A stretch of DNA of 64,000 nucleotides from Bugula neritina (Eukaryota > Animalia > Bryozoa): the NCBI GenBank assembly GCA_964035545.1, contig OZ037768.1, positions 17,095,875 through 17,159,874 of the forward strand, given 5' to 3'. A model generated the notes under the pieces. It was not told the DNA's origin and ran no database searches. It saw nothing but the letters and a program-made list of their open reading frames with translations. Below, piece by piece: positions 37,501 through 51,900 of the stretch. The translations under genes and the position numbers were made by a program. Numbering within the stretch: position 1 is the first letter of the stretch; every line of letters starts with the position of its first letter.

Positions 37501-40500
37501 AAATAGTAAAACGCTCACTTTTTCTTGAGAGATTCAGCTAAAAGTTTCTTATTTCGTTTAAGATGCTGTTTATCAATAGCTGGTCTAGCAGTAGTTGCAT
37601 GTCTTCGGTCAGATGAATTTATCACTTCTTCTAAATCAATTCCGGCATCAATATCTGCTCAGAGAAGAGAAGAGACAACTTTAAATCTGCATCATGGATG
37701 GCAATATTCTTTTGCAAGATGTTATTATGCAATATGCAACAAATAAAAAATCATACATCATACTGGTATTTACAATAAAATGCTAATATGAGTAAATTAG
37801 CTCAACCACTCACAGCAAACTACGAAATAGATAAATTGACTTCAATAAATCACCAACTCAACCTTTTCAGTCTCAAGATACTAAGGAAAAAGATTTTTTG
37901 TTGGATAATCAAATAATTGGGTATCAAAGATCTTCAGTATTTCAGAATTACACTTCAAAATATAATTTAAAATCAAAATAATATTGAATATAAAATAATT
38001 GTTCTGATAAACTGTAAACCTATCACCGCATACCTCTAGGAAATGATAGAACAGGATGAAATCCAGCATCAAGTTGACCAATTCTTTCTCGGGGAGGAAG
38101 TAGCTGAATGTCAATTTGTTTGGCATAATTATGGTCGCCAGCACAAACAGCACATTGTCTGCTCGCCCTCACACATCTGCAAGGAATGTTAATGGGCCGC
38201 CTGGCTTTTGGACTCAGAGCAGGTGCATTAGATACTCGCACTATCTTATGCTTCTTCTTATAAGTTATGGGTGTGAGGGGCTTGCATCTAGCAGCTTGTT
38301 CAGTGTCATCTGCACTGTGTGTTGTAGCTGCTGGGACAGAGACGGGTAACACAGGGACTTTCTCTGCCCGGAACTGCTTGTGGATTTCACCATGCTGGCG
38401 AATTTTATATTCTAAATCAGAAACCTGTGCTTGTAGCCATGTCCATCTAGATACAATCATCGCTCGATCCCTAACCCACCGCCAACAACTTCTTTCACGG
38501 CTAAAATGATCAGGTTGGATCAACATGTGTGTACAGAGTACTGTAGATGAAACATTTAGTGTCGAGATTAGAGTGATGTGAGTGCATATCAGCACTCAAT
38601 GATCTTGCTCATGTGGACAGACCTGACAAACTAGATTCATGCGATAGCATTAATTGAGGTCCAGGGTTTAAACCTGGGGTTCCAGAACCCTCTCAGGTTA
38701 TTGGAGAGGTAATTTGATAATATATGATTTGCCAGTTTACTGTACACAAGTTTCAAATGCACCAATGTCAGTCAGAGCCATAGAAACAGACCAAAAGTTT
38801 ATGCTTAGTAAGGGCCAGCAAGTATGTCTGCTCAGTTGAAACTCAGTTTGACCACAAGGCTTATCAATCTATGAAAATCTCGATTGACATACCAAAGAGG
38901 TGAAAAGACTTACGTTGTCTTACCAACTAAGAAAACAGCATATTACTAGTTAGAAATAAAACGCACACTAGCATTGTAGAACACAGGCAAACACAAGTAT
39001 AACTGAGTATTATACTTAGAAACTTTGTGATAGTGGCTTATACTTAAAATTGCAAAAAAATAAAAGGGGCAAATGATCAAAATGATTTAAACACATTGTA
39101 GAGTGACATACCAGCTTTAACAACAATAATTTACTTGAAAAACATCAACTGAATATAACACAAATTCCTATGAATTGCTGCCAACATGAATGCCTGTTCA
39201 TTTGCCCAGAGCACTTGAGTTATGTGTATGGTAAATATCCAGCCACAGTGGCTTTGCAGATAAAGAATATCCTGTTGTGCAATGAGGAGAATTTTGTTTA
39301 GACATATACACCATAAATAATAGACTTGAGACTGGCATATTATTGACAATTCAACCAAAATGGGCAAAATGGTAACCCTTTTATACATTAATTACATTCA
39401 CTTTTTTTCTAATTTTGTTCATGCCTACCTATATTATAGCCAGTATTTACACCTAGTTTTCATGTCTGTGATATGTAACAAATCAATCAACACTACCAGA
39501 AATTTTGTTTAAATGTGAATACCAGTACATGTAGGATTGAGTTAGTTACAGAATTACTACCCCTATACCATGTCAGTTAATCGATGAGTTGTAATGAGCT
39601 AGCAATTATTCAACAGCCTACTAAAGCAAATATACCAATATCTTCGTTTTATTAGACAATAAAATATGTTTATCAAAAGCTTTTATTGATGATGAAATCT
39701 ATTGACAGCATTTGCTATCACAAGTTCCAAAGACAGTTGGCAAGTATTTACGAGAAAAGCCAAGTTCATTACATTGTAAATTCATCATTTAGCGAAAAAT
39801 TACTTATTATCCATAGGAGCAATAAATTCAACGTAGAATGTGCATAATATATATTACAAGCAGAGTATGATAATTAGTGGCAATGAAGGGACAAGTGTTC
39901 AATTTAAAGCCCAGTCTAGTATAAGATTAAAACTTACATTTGTGAGCCCTGGCATTCAGCATAAGCGGAATGTGACTGGACATTTGCACTAGCATTTGAT
40001 ATATTATCCACAACCTCATCATCAGTTTCACCTCCGGAACTGCTCTCAGTAGCATCTGAGTCAACATTAGTTAGCAGTTTCTTTATAGTAGAGCAAGTAA
40101 CACCAACAGCTTTACCAATGTCATCCTTTTCTTGCTGTGCTAAAGACACAGATGACGAACATGTGTCACTATTAGAAGCTTTTAAACTATGAGCTGATCT
40201 CATGCGCTGTACAATGTTCACCAAAGTTGAAGTTGACAAACTGCCAAGTTTCTCCGAATTGTTAGTCAGCATGGACAGAGAAAAGCTGTTGGATAGAGAA
40301 GACGCAGATTCACCATTTAAACCAACTCTATTTGATATCTGCTTACATTGCTCTTCCACAAATTTCTTCAACTCATATTTAGTGCTCTGATTAATTAAAA
40401 TACTCTGCAGACGTCGAATCCTTTTAATGACATTCATTGTTCGATGCTCTATCTTAGCATTTTTCTCGCACAGATCTGTAACTGAGAGCAGGCGGGGCTG

Positions 40501-40971
40501 CCTAGCAACAGAAGTGGAATTCCCAGTTTCCTTAGAGCATGAGGGCTCCACCAGTTGTGTATTCTGCGACTCATGAGAAGCAACAGCAGAAGGCAGTATC
40601 CGTGGTGTCATAGCAATTTGCTCATTACTCTCGCTCAAAGTTGGTGATTGTGAAAACCTAATTTGTGAATTAATTTTATCCAAGAAGTTTTCAGTTGGGG
40701 CAGTTTTAGTCTGCTCATTTTGCAATATCTCCTTTCCGTTCAACGAGATATTGACATTGTAGGCATGCTCCGTTTGCCCACCCAGCTTGTCAGTTTTGAG
40801 AGTCGGGTCAGATATATAACTAGTAGGAACTAATTTTTTCAACTTGGAAACCAGAAGTGGAGATCTTGCACTGCTTTCGATAGCTACATTTTTGGCAGAA
40901 TCCTGTGTTAGGGCAGGAGACATTGCATCGGAATCATTGCTCTTTTCACTGTGAGCAATGACTGTATTCAT
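34600..40971 (-). CDS. KANSL1: KAT8 regulatory NSL complex subunit 1 (KANSL1/NSL1), PEHE domain
   Basis: N-terminal MSPALT (ATG 40923; upstream in-frame ATG 40971), DSDATESSSGGETDDE, WRWVRDRAMIVSRWTWLQAQVSDLEYKIRQ, WIN-like AARCKP, FHPVLSFP, SYDIDDIVIP...RVEKLQYKEIDTPRWRE, IENLSE...HSILETKEKAR, and C-terminal PWPKRTFPL. Confidence 0.92.
35736..35920. repeat. 18-bp minisatellite (CAATCTAAAATACAGTTR, ~10 copies) filling a KANSL1 intron
   Basis: Tandem units are directly visible. On the minus strand each unit reads YAACTGTATTTTAG|ATTG. Confidence 0.95.
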
Positions 40972-42050
40972 AAACTTCAAAGAAGGTCCAGCTCCACCAC
41001 CAGCTGATGTTGCGCACTGACCACCGCAGATTAAGCTTTTTTATTCCAAATTCTTAGCAGTGTCCAAAAATAAAAAGGGCCTAGATCAAGAAACTATCCT
41101 GTAAAACAGAATAATACAAAGTATTTAGTGTTCAAGTTTATCAAATTGCAACTTGTAACCATTATTGCAATGAAAATTTTGTAAAAGTAACAAACATGAA
41201 ACAAATATATTTTCAATTTTTCCTGGAGTTGAAGTGAATAGCAATGGAAAAAGCTATAATTATTTCAGCATCTTAAAAAACGAACAACAAATGTTGAAAA
41301 TTTGAGTACAAAGCCATGATCAAGTTAGAATAGACAAGGACTATCAGTTATACATAGTCATTGGCAAAAGCTATGGATGTCTAATTAAATATTAATTAAG
41401 CAAAAATCTACATCATACCACCCAGTTAGGGACACTGCTAAAATAGAACTTGCACATCATGTGATTTAGCATATTTAGGTAAGCAATCTGCATTAGAACC
41501 TGCTACTTATTTCAATTTTACATCATTTACTTACTTTACTCACACAGGGTTAGAATGACTACATTACTAACAAAATCAATGGAAGGTCTGTTTTGTACTG
41601 CCTCTATAAAACTGTTTTAACTTGTAACAAATCAGGCTTAAGAATGACCATGGCTATATTATTTTATCAAGACTGTATCATTTCATCCAACTGAACTACA
41701 TGCTGCCGACATAAAACAGAAAAACTGGAGTTAAACTTTCAACACTTTCAATCTCATCAAAATAAAATGGCTGAAACTAGCATTATTGGCAGTTACTGTG
41801 ACACTATTAGAATCCCTTCATAATCAAAATACTCAAGTTACCAAATGTTACAATTTAAAACATGCATCATAGTGCTTCATCAATGGACTAATTGCTTCAG
41901 TGAATAGCAAGAAAAACAAGAACACTCTATATCAAGGGCTAGTATAAAAATGAAATACATTGAGTTTATTGGGTAATCACTCACTGTTCCAAATACCAGT
42001 GTAATAATTATTAACCAGCACTAATTCTGCATGTAAGAGTATGAGTAAAA

Positions 42051-42081
<31 letters not shown>

Positions 42082-42479
42082 GATGACAATGTCAGGGTGA
42101 TTACAAGCTCCAAAGTAGCAAATCAAAATAGCAGCTACAGGCAGGTTAGCAGCAACACTAAGTTGATCTTTAATGTTGGGTGATTACCAGTTGCTCATAG
42201 TTGAAAATTCAGTAAAAACTGTAGGTAACAGTAATAGGGAGTTGTCACATACTAGTGATCAGGTAAAAATCAGCAATAGCTGGAGCAAGACTCATCACAA
42301 GCTAATGATGAGCATAGGTAAATCTATAAGCTTAAGCTAGCTTCATTTCACAATCAATTCCTCCAACTCTTACACTCATAGCTATAGTGATTATAAGAGT
42401 AACTTGAAAAAATTTCCTAATTTCAATTCAGATTAGCCACAACTGTAACTGTAGCCAGTAACTGTAAGGGCTCAGCCAA

Positions 42480-43260
42480 TAAAAGTGATGGTGATTGATA
42501 CAGTATTAGCATAACTATAAACTAGAGGCAGAGTTGACACTGGATCTGTCAGTTTGAATCATACTTTCATAGTGATGGTGACCCAGAATAACCTAAACTG
42601 AAAGTGACCAGACAGTGCAGGGTGTCGGTGAGCATGAGCATAATTTAAACTAGCTACTAGTACTATACTTACTAGTAACTGCATCTAATTTTTCTGAGTA
42701 ATTTACTAACATTCGTAATTTAAATTAATAATATTTTAATCATTTTAGTTAATAATATCATAATGAATGATAATGATTTATCATAATGAAAGTTGTCATC
42801 ATGATCATTGTGATAGTCTGAGTCAAACTCTAAGTTGCTGATGTTATGCTAAAAGTATTTATTTTAAAAGTCACCTAAACGGAAAAGTGGAAAATATATC
42901 CATTCTGATTTTAAACTATAAGTCAAATTGATTCTAAGCTAAACTACAACTTGAAGTTGATGATGATCGTCCGAGTCTGGTGACATGCTCATGGACTTCA
43001 CTCATGGCGTTGGACTTTCATTTTGAAATAGACTTTTGAGTTTAAGACTGAGTGTAAATGTAATACTAATATCAAAACTAAATGTAATACTTATACTTAT
43101 AGTTAAGTTATACTGTACTAATTTATAATTACTAATTACTAATTTAGTAATTAGTAATTGAAATTCAGTAACAACTAAAAGTAAAAGTAAACGGGAAACT
43201 AATAGGAAACCTAATAGAAAATGATGAACTACTGCTACTTACAAATATGTTAAGACCCTT
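42480..43260. repeat. Triplet-periodic tract (KANSL1 side of promoter)
   Basis: ACT/AGT/AAT/GAT blocks, (ACTTAT)n, (AAAAGT)n. Confidence 0.7.
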
Positions 43261-43269
43261 AATTAGTAC

Positions 43270-43750
43270 AAAGTGCTGAATATTTGAAACCATTATCATC
43301 GCATTCTCATTTTGGTGAAAACTACCACATATCAATATGAATATGCGACTACAGCGTGCATCTTTATCCAAAATTTTGCTTATGCAGATGTCGGTCGTTG
43401 ATGGTCACGCGGTTTGCGTTATGCTCTGTGAAACAGGATTTGTCTTTCCAATGTAACGTACGTATCTTGTTTATTGAGGGATGATCAAATTATCACTGCT
43501 GCTAACCCCTCTCGGTATAAATTGAATTTAGCCAATAATGTTCAATACTTTCTAAATACAGTAAAATAATATAACTAAAACGCGCCTTTCGCAAAACCAT
43601 CGAGTTGTCCTTTCCTACTTATTAGCGTTAAGCAAGGTTTTTGTAGTATGAGCGTGGTATTATGTGTCAACTTGTGGTAGGTGCAGTATAATGGAGAGAT
43701 TCATTAAAACATTGTGTTTCAGAGAGAAAATATAGCAAACTAAGTTGTAT
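43270..43750. promoter_or_regulatory. Putative bidirectional promoter core KANSL1/SUGP1
   Basis: CpG-rich island (GTCGGTCG, CACGCGG, AACGTACG, AACGCGCC) between divergent genes and flanked by tracts. Confidence 0.6.
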
Positions 43751-43954
43751 TTTATTCAAGAGTTCAAATTGCCCAAATCAAAAATTACAAATTTATAAAA
43801 TTCTGATTTTTCATTTAGCCTTACTGCTCCTACAACAATAATAATATTATAATGATCATCTATGGAGTTGTGTCACCTTGGAAAATAGAGTCCAAAATTG
43901 CAAATTTGAGATCGAACTGAAAGTGAAAAATGTTGATTGAAAAACTGCAGAACA

Positions 43955-45200
43955 CTAGTTAGTAGTTACTTACACAGTAGCAGTTTGTAATAATAATAGA
44001 CGCCGCCATCATGACTGTTGTCATGATGGGAACAAGGATACATATACTGGACTCTAATACTTTAAAACTTAGTTAAAATTAAAGCTTTCCAACGACATAC
44101 TGATAGTGATACTGATACTCATACTGAGTGACATCTGAGACTGATGCGACACTCTAAGTCTAACAGTAACAGTGATACTCACATTGAGTTTGACTGAGAC
44201 TGACTCAGACTGTCACTGTGAGTGTCTGACACTCATTCTGATAGTGAGTGTGACTGAGAATCAGAATTTTCCAGTTCGAGTATCAGATTTTGGAGTAAAC
44301 TGAGAGCAAGAGTTCTGATTCTGTATCATTCTGATTCTCTGTGATTGTGAGACTGAGTGAGTCTGATATTGATTATGATTGTCGTAGTCATATTAGTACT
44401 CGAACCTAGTCACTGGTACACGATAGTAATACTTATTCTGATACTGATAGTGACTGTGAAGTGTGATGTAACAATGGAGGTAAAACTAAAACTAAATCAG
44501 TAAAACTAAATGCAGTGCTCAAAGTCAATAACATTAGCTGAATAAGAAATTGAATCAATGACAATCGCTATTTAGTATTCATATTCAGTTAATGTTATTC
44601 TATTAAAAAAAAATGGTTTTGTTCATGTTTGAGCCTGAATCCATTTGAATTTGAATTTCATGGACTCGACTGAGATTGACAATTGACTCACAATGACAAT
44701 TCTCATTCCCCTTGACAATCATAGTCAATAGGAAGAACAATTTTCATTGTAAGTCAGACTCAGTCAAGTTCATAAAATTCAAATTCACATTGACACCGGA
44801 TCAATCAATCATAAACAAATAGTAGCAGTAGTGTTTTTTTATAAATGCAGCTAGGCCTTTTTGGTTAATTATACTTGTTGGTGTTATTATAACAGTACTA
44901 GTGTTGCTACAACTATTAGTATTACTATTACTATATAGTAAATTGACCTCCACATTGCCCATGGCCGCTGTGATTATGATTGAGCTTCAAACAATGATAA
45001 AGGTATTAAAACTGAAAGTTAGTGTTGCAGGATACTCCTAAAAAATAGTTGGAACTGTTATTATAATTAACATAAAGTTAAGGACTAGATCATTGGTCAT
45101 TGTGATTTCAGTTTTTTACCATTCATTACATCAGTCATGGGCTAGTTGCATTAGTTATTAGTTATTGCCATTAGTTTTACTATTACTAATTATTATTTAT
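43955..45200. repeat. Triplet-periodic tract (SUGP1 side)
   Basis: (ATACTG)n, (GACTGA)n, (ATTCTG)n, (TGACAA)n. Hairpin CCATCATGAC-TGTT-GTCATGATGG at 44006-44029. Confidence 0.8.
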
Positions 45201-45980
45201 CAGTTAGACTTTACAATGATTTGACACTTCAAAGCATTTGTTATGCACAAGAACGCCGTAAAAAGCTTATTTTAGTGTAGGTAATAGTATTTGAATTGAT
45301 AAACTTATATATAACTACTCTTCCAGATTTGGCATGTAGTTAAATGGTCTATGTAAGCTGATTGCCCCTAAGTATTTGTGGTTGAGGTAAGCATATGTTC
45401 ATTGGTCGTCAAGAATTCCAACTGAGTTATATACAAAAATTTAGTGTTAGCATATGTAAATATTTCCTTGGATTTCATTCTAAGCTTTTCTATATACAAT
45501 ATAATTTTTTAGGATGGTGCATTTCACTCCGAAAATCTTTTAAATCTCTTTTGTATAATAGGGTCATAAAATTTCAAAGTTGTAGGATCAAAAACTCTAT
45601 TTTACATAACTGTATGCGACAAATCCTAACCATAACGATAGTAAATGAATTCTTCTGTATACTTTGCTTTAGACCAAGTTTAAAGTAATGTATACTGTTA
45701 CTTTATTTAAAAAATCATTGTCTGATCAAGGTTTTTGTTTCAAGTTCATAAAATATCAAGTGTTGTACTCAACATATCTAATGGAATTTGTTTATTTGAG
45801 CAGTGATGAGGTGTCGTTGCGCCAACGTTTATAAAAGTCAATTGTAGTTGAAGCTATCTGACAGTGAACCCAGTGTTTTTAAATATACTGAAAATATTTT
45901 GTTTATACACATAAGTTTTCTTTCTCACGTTATGTTTTTATATCCTAGGGTATATACTTCTACCATAGAATCAAGATACA

Positions 45981-48900
45981 ATGGCATTTCAAAACAGGTA
46001 AGTCGCCATTTTATAATAGATTAATATGCACAAGAGAACAACACAAACCAGCTCCTAAAAATTAAAAAATTTTCATTTGTACATCTGCATTAATATCGAT
46101 AGTTGGTGGCAAATCGATAGAATTTGGAGAATTAATCAGACTTTTCTTCAAGTTTATAGTCATTTATATTTAATAGTAATTGTTGATATTTTACCGAATT
46201 TATGATGTATTAACACATAATTCACCTATTTACTATGGTAAATGAAAATTGCTATACCCAATACTTGTATCTAGCAAGTATTGGATGTTGGTGTACTTGA
46301 ATCAAAAATGAAAGCAATCAACGATCAATCTTGGTGGTGGCATGTCCTTCAAATTGTTCACAAATCTGCTGTTTTTACATATGTATGTTGATCACCGTCT
46401 TGGTTTTAGCTGGTTTTTAACTTGGCTTTTAATTACATTTTAGTGCTAATAATCCTCCTTCCATAGAATTGAGAAATGATGGATCTTTTCTTGAGCAGTT
46501 TAAACGAATGCAACAAGCACAGCTGAGCTCAAGTAAAGGTTTGTACTCATTGTAACTCTTCCAGCGCCATCATATGGAAAAAATATACTTTTTTGCATTG
46601 CAGTGCTCCCTCCGTATCTCGCTAAGCTATAGATCTCAAGTAGAATGCCAGATTCAACTTACAGATCCGTTAAATTTGGCCATTTGGTCCCGATATACAC
46701 AAATGTATATACACATATGCTATTAAATAACCTCCGACCATCTGATCTAAACTTGTCCATTTATACATCATTGCAGTACTATCAAAGCAACACATCTCAC
46801 ACCCATTGGTTATGCAAGAGATAGCTTCTCCAATAATGGCGTCGTTGTTTCCTCAAAATTTGAAATTGACATGAAAAATTTTTATGCCCAAACTTTCAGT
46901 GGTATTTCCAAGACAGCACATAGAAGTCCTCGTTTTTAAATATTGAGTTCTCAATGCAGCAAATTATTTGTATAGTAATAAAATTCACCAGCTGCTGTCT
47001 TTGTAGATGTGCAAAAGCCAAATCCACCTCCCTCCAGCTCAGCTGCAGCTGTAGCATCATACTCACAGCAAATTCTCCCTGGAACTATAAAAAATGATGG
47101 ATCTTTTCTGGAGAAATTCAAAAATGTGCAGAAGCAATCACAAACTTCACGTAAGTAAACTTGTGGAAGTGGTTATTGTTAGTTACAAGTATTCAACTAG
47201 CCACTTCTCTTGTTTAACTTCTCAACTAACAAGTTTCATTTCTGTTTACAGAACATATAAAACAAGAAGTGAAAGAGAAGCCTAATTTAAAAGTCGCACA
47301 GCAGTAAGTTTTAGCCCATCTCTACATTTTAAGTTTGAAGGAAGAATTCAATGATGTTGCTTTGTTTTAAACAGACCATCTGATACTTATCTTTTCTCAT
47401 GAACAGTAGATTTCCTGTTACCGCTGTTTTGCTGGCTACAGTTTTTTTTCCATAGGAAGCACTTGCAAATACTGTATTTTCTAGAATTAGTCGAGGAAAT
47501 ATTTTTGGCTGATTATTGATGGTAATTGTATTTCGTTAGCTCTTTTAATCCAGAATAAACTTTCAGTTTGTGTATCCATTCAGTTTGGATGTAGCATGAT
47601 ACTTTTACCTGCAACCATTGCAAACTCAGTTATTCCATTCATTATAATGTATGTATAAAACATATCGGTGTAACCATGTTGTTCACTGACATACTGCAGG
47701 TTAGCATTCAGATCTCGTTTTCTCACAGCTCCCAAAAAAGAAAAACCAACAGCTAAAATTACGGATGTGTTTGACTTGGATTATGATCGTAAGTATTTCT
47801 TGCCAGTCGGTATTCATGCTGTTCCTACTTAGTTTAAATTAATTTCTAGTATTTATCAGATTTTACTGCTCTGCAAAACTTTAAGATCAATTCTATAGTA
47901 ACTGCCTCCATGGCCATAATTGAGTGATGAATGCACAGCCCGTTGGGTAGGTGATTTAAGGCTATACTGACGTAGGCGTTGATAGTTTCCTTAACAGAGG
48001 AAGAGCAAGCGTTTATTGAGCAAATCGCTGAGCAAGTTATTGATGGTGGCCTCGCTGAAGAGAAAAATCTGAAAGCTCAAAGTTCATATGATGAAAGACT
48101 TCGGTGAGTGAGCCAGATAATCTGTAGCTGTAGGCACGGGCTTAGATCTGCTAGTTCAGCAGGTTTGTATCTCGTTGGTGGCGTTCAGGTGAGTAATCGA
48201 ACGGATATTTGTGCAGCCGAAACTCTCTTGTAGTACCGATATGTATTTCACAATCAAAACACAGATTTTTGTGTAGTTTCCAAGGAACTTTGAGAGCCAG
48301 CTAGATTTCATTGGTAGCTAATGTAGCTGTTGATATAATAGTTGTTGCCTTGCACTATCTAATAAAAATATTTGAATACAGTTGTAGTCTGTTTACCAAA
48401 TGAATATTCCTTACTCTTTCATAAGAGAAGTTTAATGATGCTGTTGTGTAGATTTCTTCGGCAGCCAAACACAGAATCTGGCAAATACTATGTGAGATTA
48501 TTGAAAAGGAAACGGGCAAAACTTGCAGAAATAGAGAAGTTGAAGCTGGAAGCTCAGGAACAAGCGGAGCGTGAACGTTTAGCCCAAGAGAAGCTAAAAC
48601 GAGAGAAAGATGAAGAGGCTGATGGAGAAAGTGATGACGGCTCAAATACAGGTTCATCAAAACGTGTGAGTATTTTATTTATGTGTGACAATAAATGGAG
48701 TCTGTTTGCTTATTGCCATCCGGGAGCAGCCGTGGTCTAGGGGTTAAAGCGTTGGCTTTGTGAACACGAAGTCGTGGGTTCGAACCCCGACAAAGGCCAT
48801 TGGTGGTGTTGTGAAGAGCATCCAGTGATAATTGCTCCTTCTCCTCATTTGAACAAGTCCTTAGCCCGTTCTAACAAAAGCCCTTTCCATCAGGGGTTTC

Positions 48901-51900
48901 TCACAGGGATAGCGACTATAAACTTGTGTGAGTTTGCTTATTGCCATCATTCTTTAGAACTATGTAATAGCGGAACTATATGATTACTGTGATGTATTGA
49001 TATTCATTGCATCAATTTATGTATTGTATCAACCACAGCACTAGTGTACAATCATGAAGCACACATAGTAAATTATGGAGTACAATTTATTGATCAGAAG
49101 GATTGTGGGACATGATGACCTGATGTATAGCCTCAAGTAAAGTTTTGTCTTCTAGTTGTCAAAGAAAAGACACGCTGACACTTCATTTGTGACACGACCA
49201 ATTGACCAGGCAGCAGAATTGAAAGCTTTTCAAGAGAAAATACGTCAGCAAACGGCACAGATAGCAGCTACTGTTAAGAAGAAGAGTCGTTTCAGTGATG
49301 CTCCTGCTGCCGCTGCCGCACCTCCAGCAGGTATAATGGCATTTCAATAAAATAAATATGAACTTCTTTTATGCTAAGGGTCAAAGTTCACCTGCAGAAA
49401 ATTGATCTATTTACATATATATAAATCTGATGCGGTTGCATAATAAATTTAATGGCCAATTGCAGTGGTTGGTATGACACAGTTGTCAACAGAAGCAATG
49501 CTTGCTAAGCAAGTGACTGGTGGGGAATTGTCTGCAGAGCAGAAGAAACAGCTGGAGTATCAGCGACAGGTTTGCACTCTAATTTAAGCTTCAAAGACAC
49601 TAAAGACAGAAATTTTGTTTACTGCACTACACAAACCCCTTTTTATTTGAGAATGTTTCTGTTTTCCTCATATACTCAATCACTAATGACTACCTCAATT
49701 TCATAATTAGAACAATATATTCTTGCTTTGCCGTGTAGTATTCAAGTGATCAATTTTTTAAATTGGACTAAATTGATTGTTATTTTCATTTATCAATCGT
49801 ATGTAGTGTATCTCTTGCAACACTTTCTTGAAATGAGCTTTGCTTAGTGAACTACAGTTCAAATGTTTAATAGTCACAGCTTTAGCTTTTGGTGCGTGCT
49901 ATGTTTAACTTTAAATAAATAGTTGTGTATCGTCATTGAGTGTTGAAATCTCTCTCTCTCTTATAATTTAATAACTTCATGTATTTTTTAGATGAACGAA
50001 ATGTATGAAATGATAACAAAAAAGCAGAAAGCTCAGCAAGATGCAGAAAAGGCACTGACCATGGGCCGACCCAGCAAAGGGATGTATGCCTACGATTCTG
50101 ATGAAGAAACAGAAGGTAATGTGGTGAAACATCGCTCAACAGATTTACCCCATCATGTATATATTTTATCATTTCAATTCAAGCTTTTGACATGTTACCC
50201 TGGTGATAGAGCAATGGTATGCAAAGTCCCATTACAACGTGTAGCTGATAGTTCTGACTGGAGTATATTCCTTGGAACTAAAATGATGAAGCCCTTCAGC
50301 AAATTTAACAGCTTCTATACTATTCTTAATTTACAGAAAATTCAAAGCCAATTCATAGTTCCTGTAAAGAACTGGTAATCTCAATATCAGATGACTCGCT
50401 AGATTTTATATTTAAAGCAATATCCTTGTAAATAACATTAAAAAATGTCCAATTTGTAATGAAGAAAAAAATGATTTAAAAATGTATGTAGTTTAATTGC
50501 AATTTAAGGAGGTACTTGGGAACATAAACTTAGAAAAAGAGAAATGGCCGCCACCAGAGATTGGGCGGATGAGTTGACTCGGCAGAATAGAGGGAAACAT
50601 CACATGGGCGATTTCCTGCCTCCCGATGAACTCAAAAAGTTTATGGAAACTTATCAGGTGTGTGCACGGTTGATGAAAGAGCAAGGGCTCTAGCAGCTAG
50701 GATAGTGTTGCTGTCTGATTTTTAGTGAAATGAGACTAAAAATGTTGTAATTGATAACCCCAAAAGGAAAATAAATAAGATGAAAACAGTACTCTTCACA
50801 CGATTGTTGAAACAATTTTTTATCTAGATATGTACAAATTCTATTAGCCCATCAGTCTGTATATTCTGCATTGCTATTCGTAGGCACTTAAAGAAGGCAG
50901 GGAGCCAGATCTCTCTGATTACAAAGATTTCAAAATTACTTGTGAGAATATCGGATATAAGATGCTAATGAACATGGGTTGGGAAGAAGGTACTGGTTTA
51001 GGATCCCAGCAACAGGGAATTACAGCTCCTGTGAACAAGTATGTTTCATATTTACTGGTCACCTGCATGCTTGTGGAGATTCATATTTTACCTGGCAAAT
51101 TTCAGACAAATTAGATAAGTTCCACAATTTTAGGTTGCCCACTTTCAATTACAATTCACCAAGAAATTGACAGTAGTTTTGTATTGCGTCAAAAAAAATA
51201 ACTAAAGGCACCAGAGTTAAAGCAATGCATGTAGCATCATTAATTTTCTAAAAGCAGCCGAGTTGGGGGTGACTGAGTGCAGTGCTTTAAGGTTCTTGAG
51301 TTTGGAGTTGGGATTCAAAGTTCCACCCTAAACACCAACTCTAAACTTGAGAATCCCAGACCAATAGTCACCCCCCCCCCCCCCCCCTCTCACTCTAAAC
51401 TGATTACAGACAAATTTTAGCATTATTAGCCTCACAATATTTTAAGAATTTTTTGCTGGCTTCAATAGATCAGCTCATTATTCAATAGCAATCTAAATTG
51501 TTCTCAGAAAGGACATTAGTTCACTTACAGGTCATTGATTACAGACTTTTGCATTACATACATATGCATTATGCACAAGTCATAACTCATCGCGAAACTA
51601 GAACACATTATCTTGTATCAACACAGCTTCATTCATAAATATTATGATGGAATCATTTGTCCCTTCTATTGTAAAGGTGTGGGCCATGCTACTTTGCTTT
51701 TTTGCTGATGAGAGGACAAATCCTAAATTAGTGACTGGCCATCCATTGAGTCTATTATATTATTCATAAGTAAATAGGAGATTTTTACGAGTTGTATATT
51801 GGATTAGCTATCTTATACTATTTTCCATTAACTTTACAGAGGTCAAACCAGTTTAGATGGAGCTGGTATCGGTGTAGAAAAGCCACATAACTTAACTGCT

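Noticed and set aside
48721-48795. Possible tRNA gene (also 4290-4360, 15600-15674)
   Set aside because: The A/B boxes continue into a shared non-tRNA body with TSDs, so these are SINE heads.
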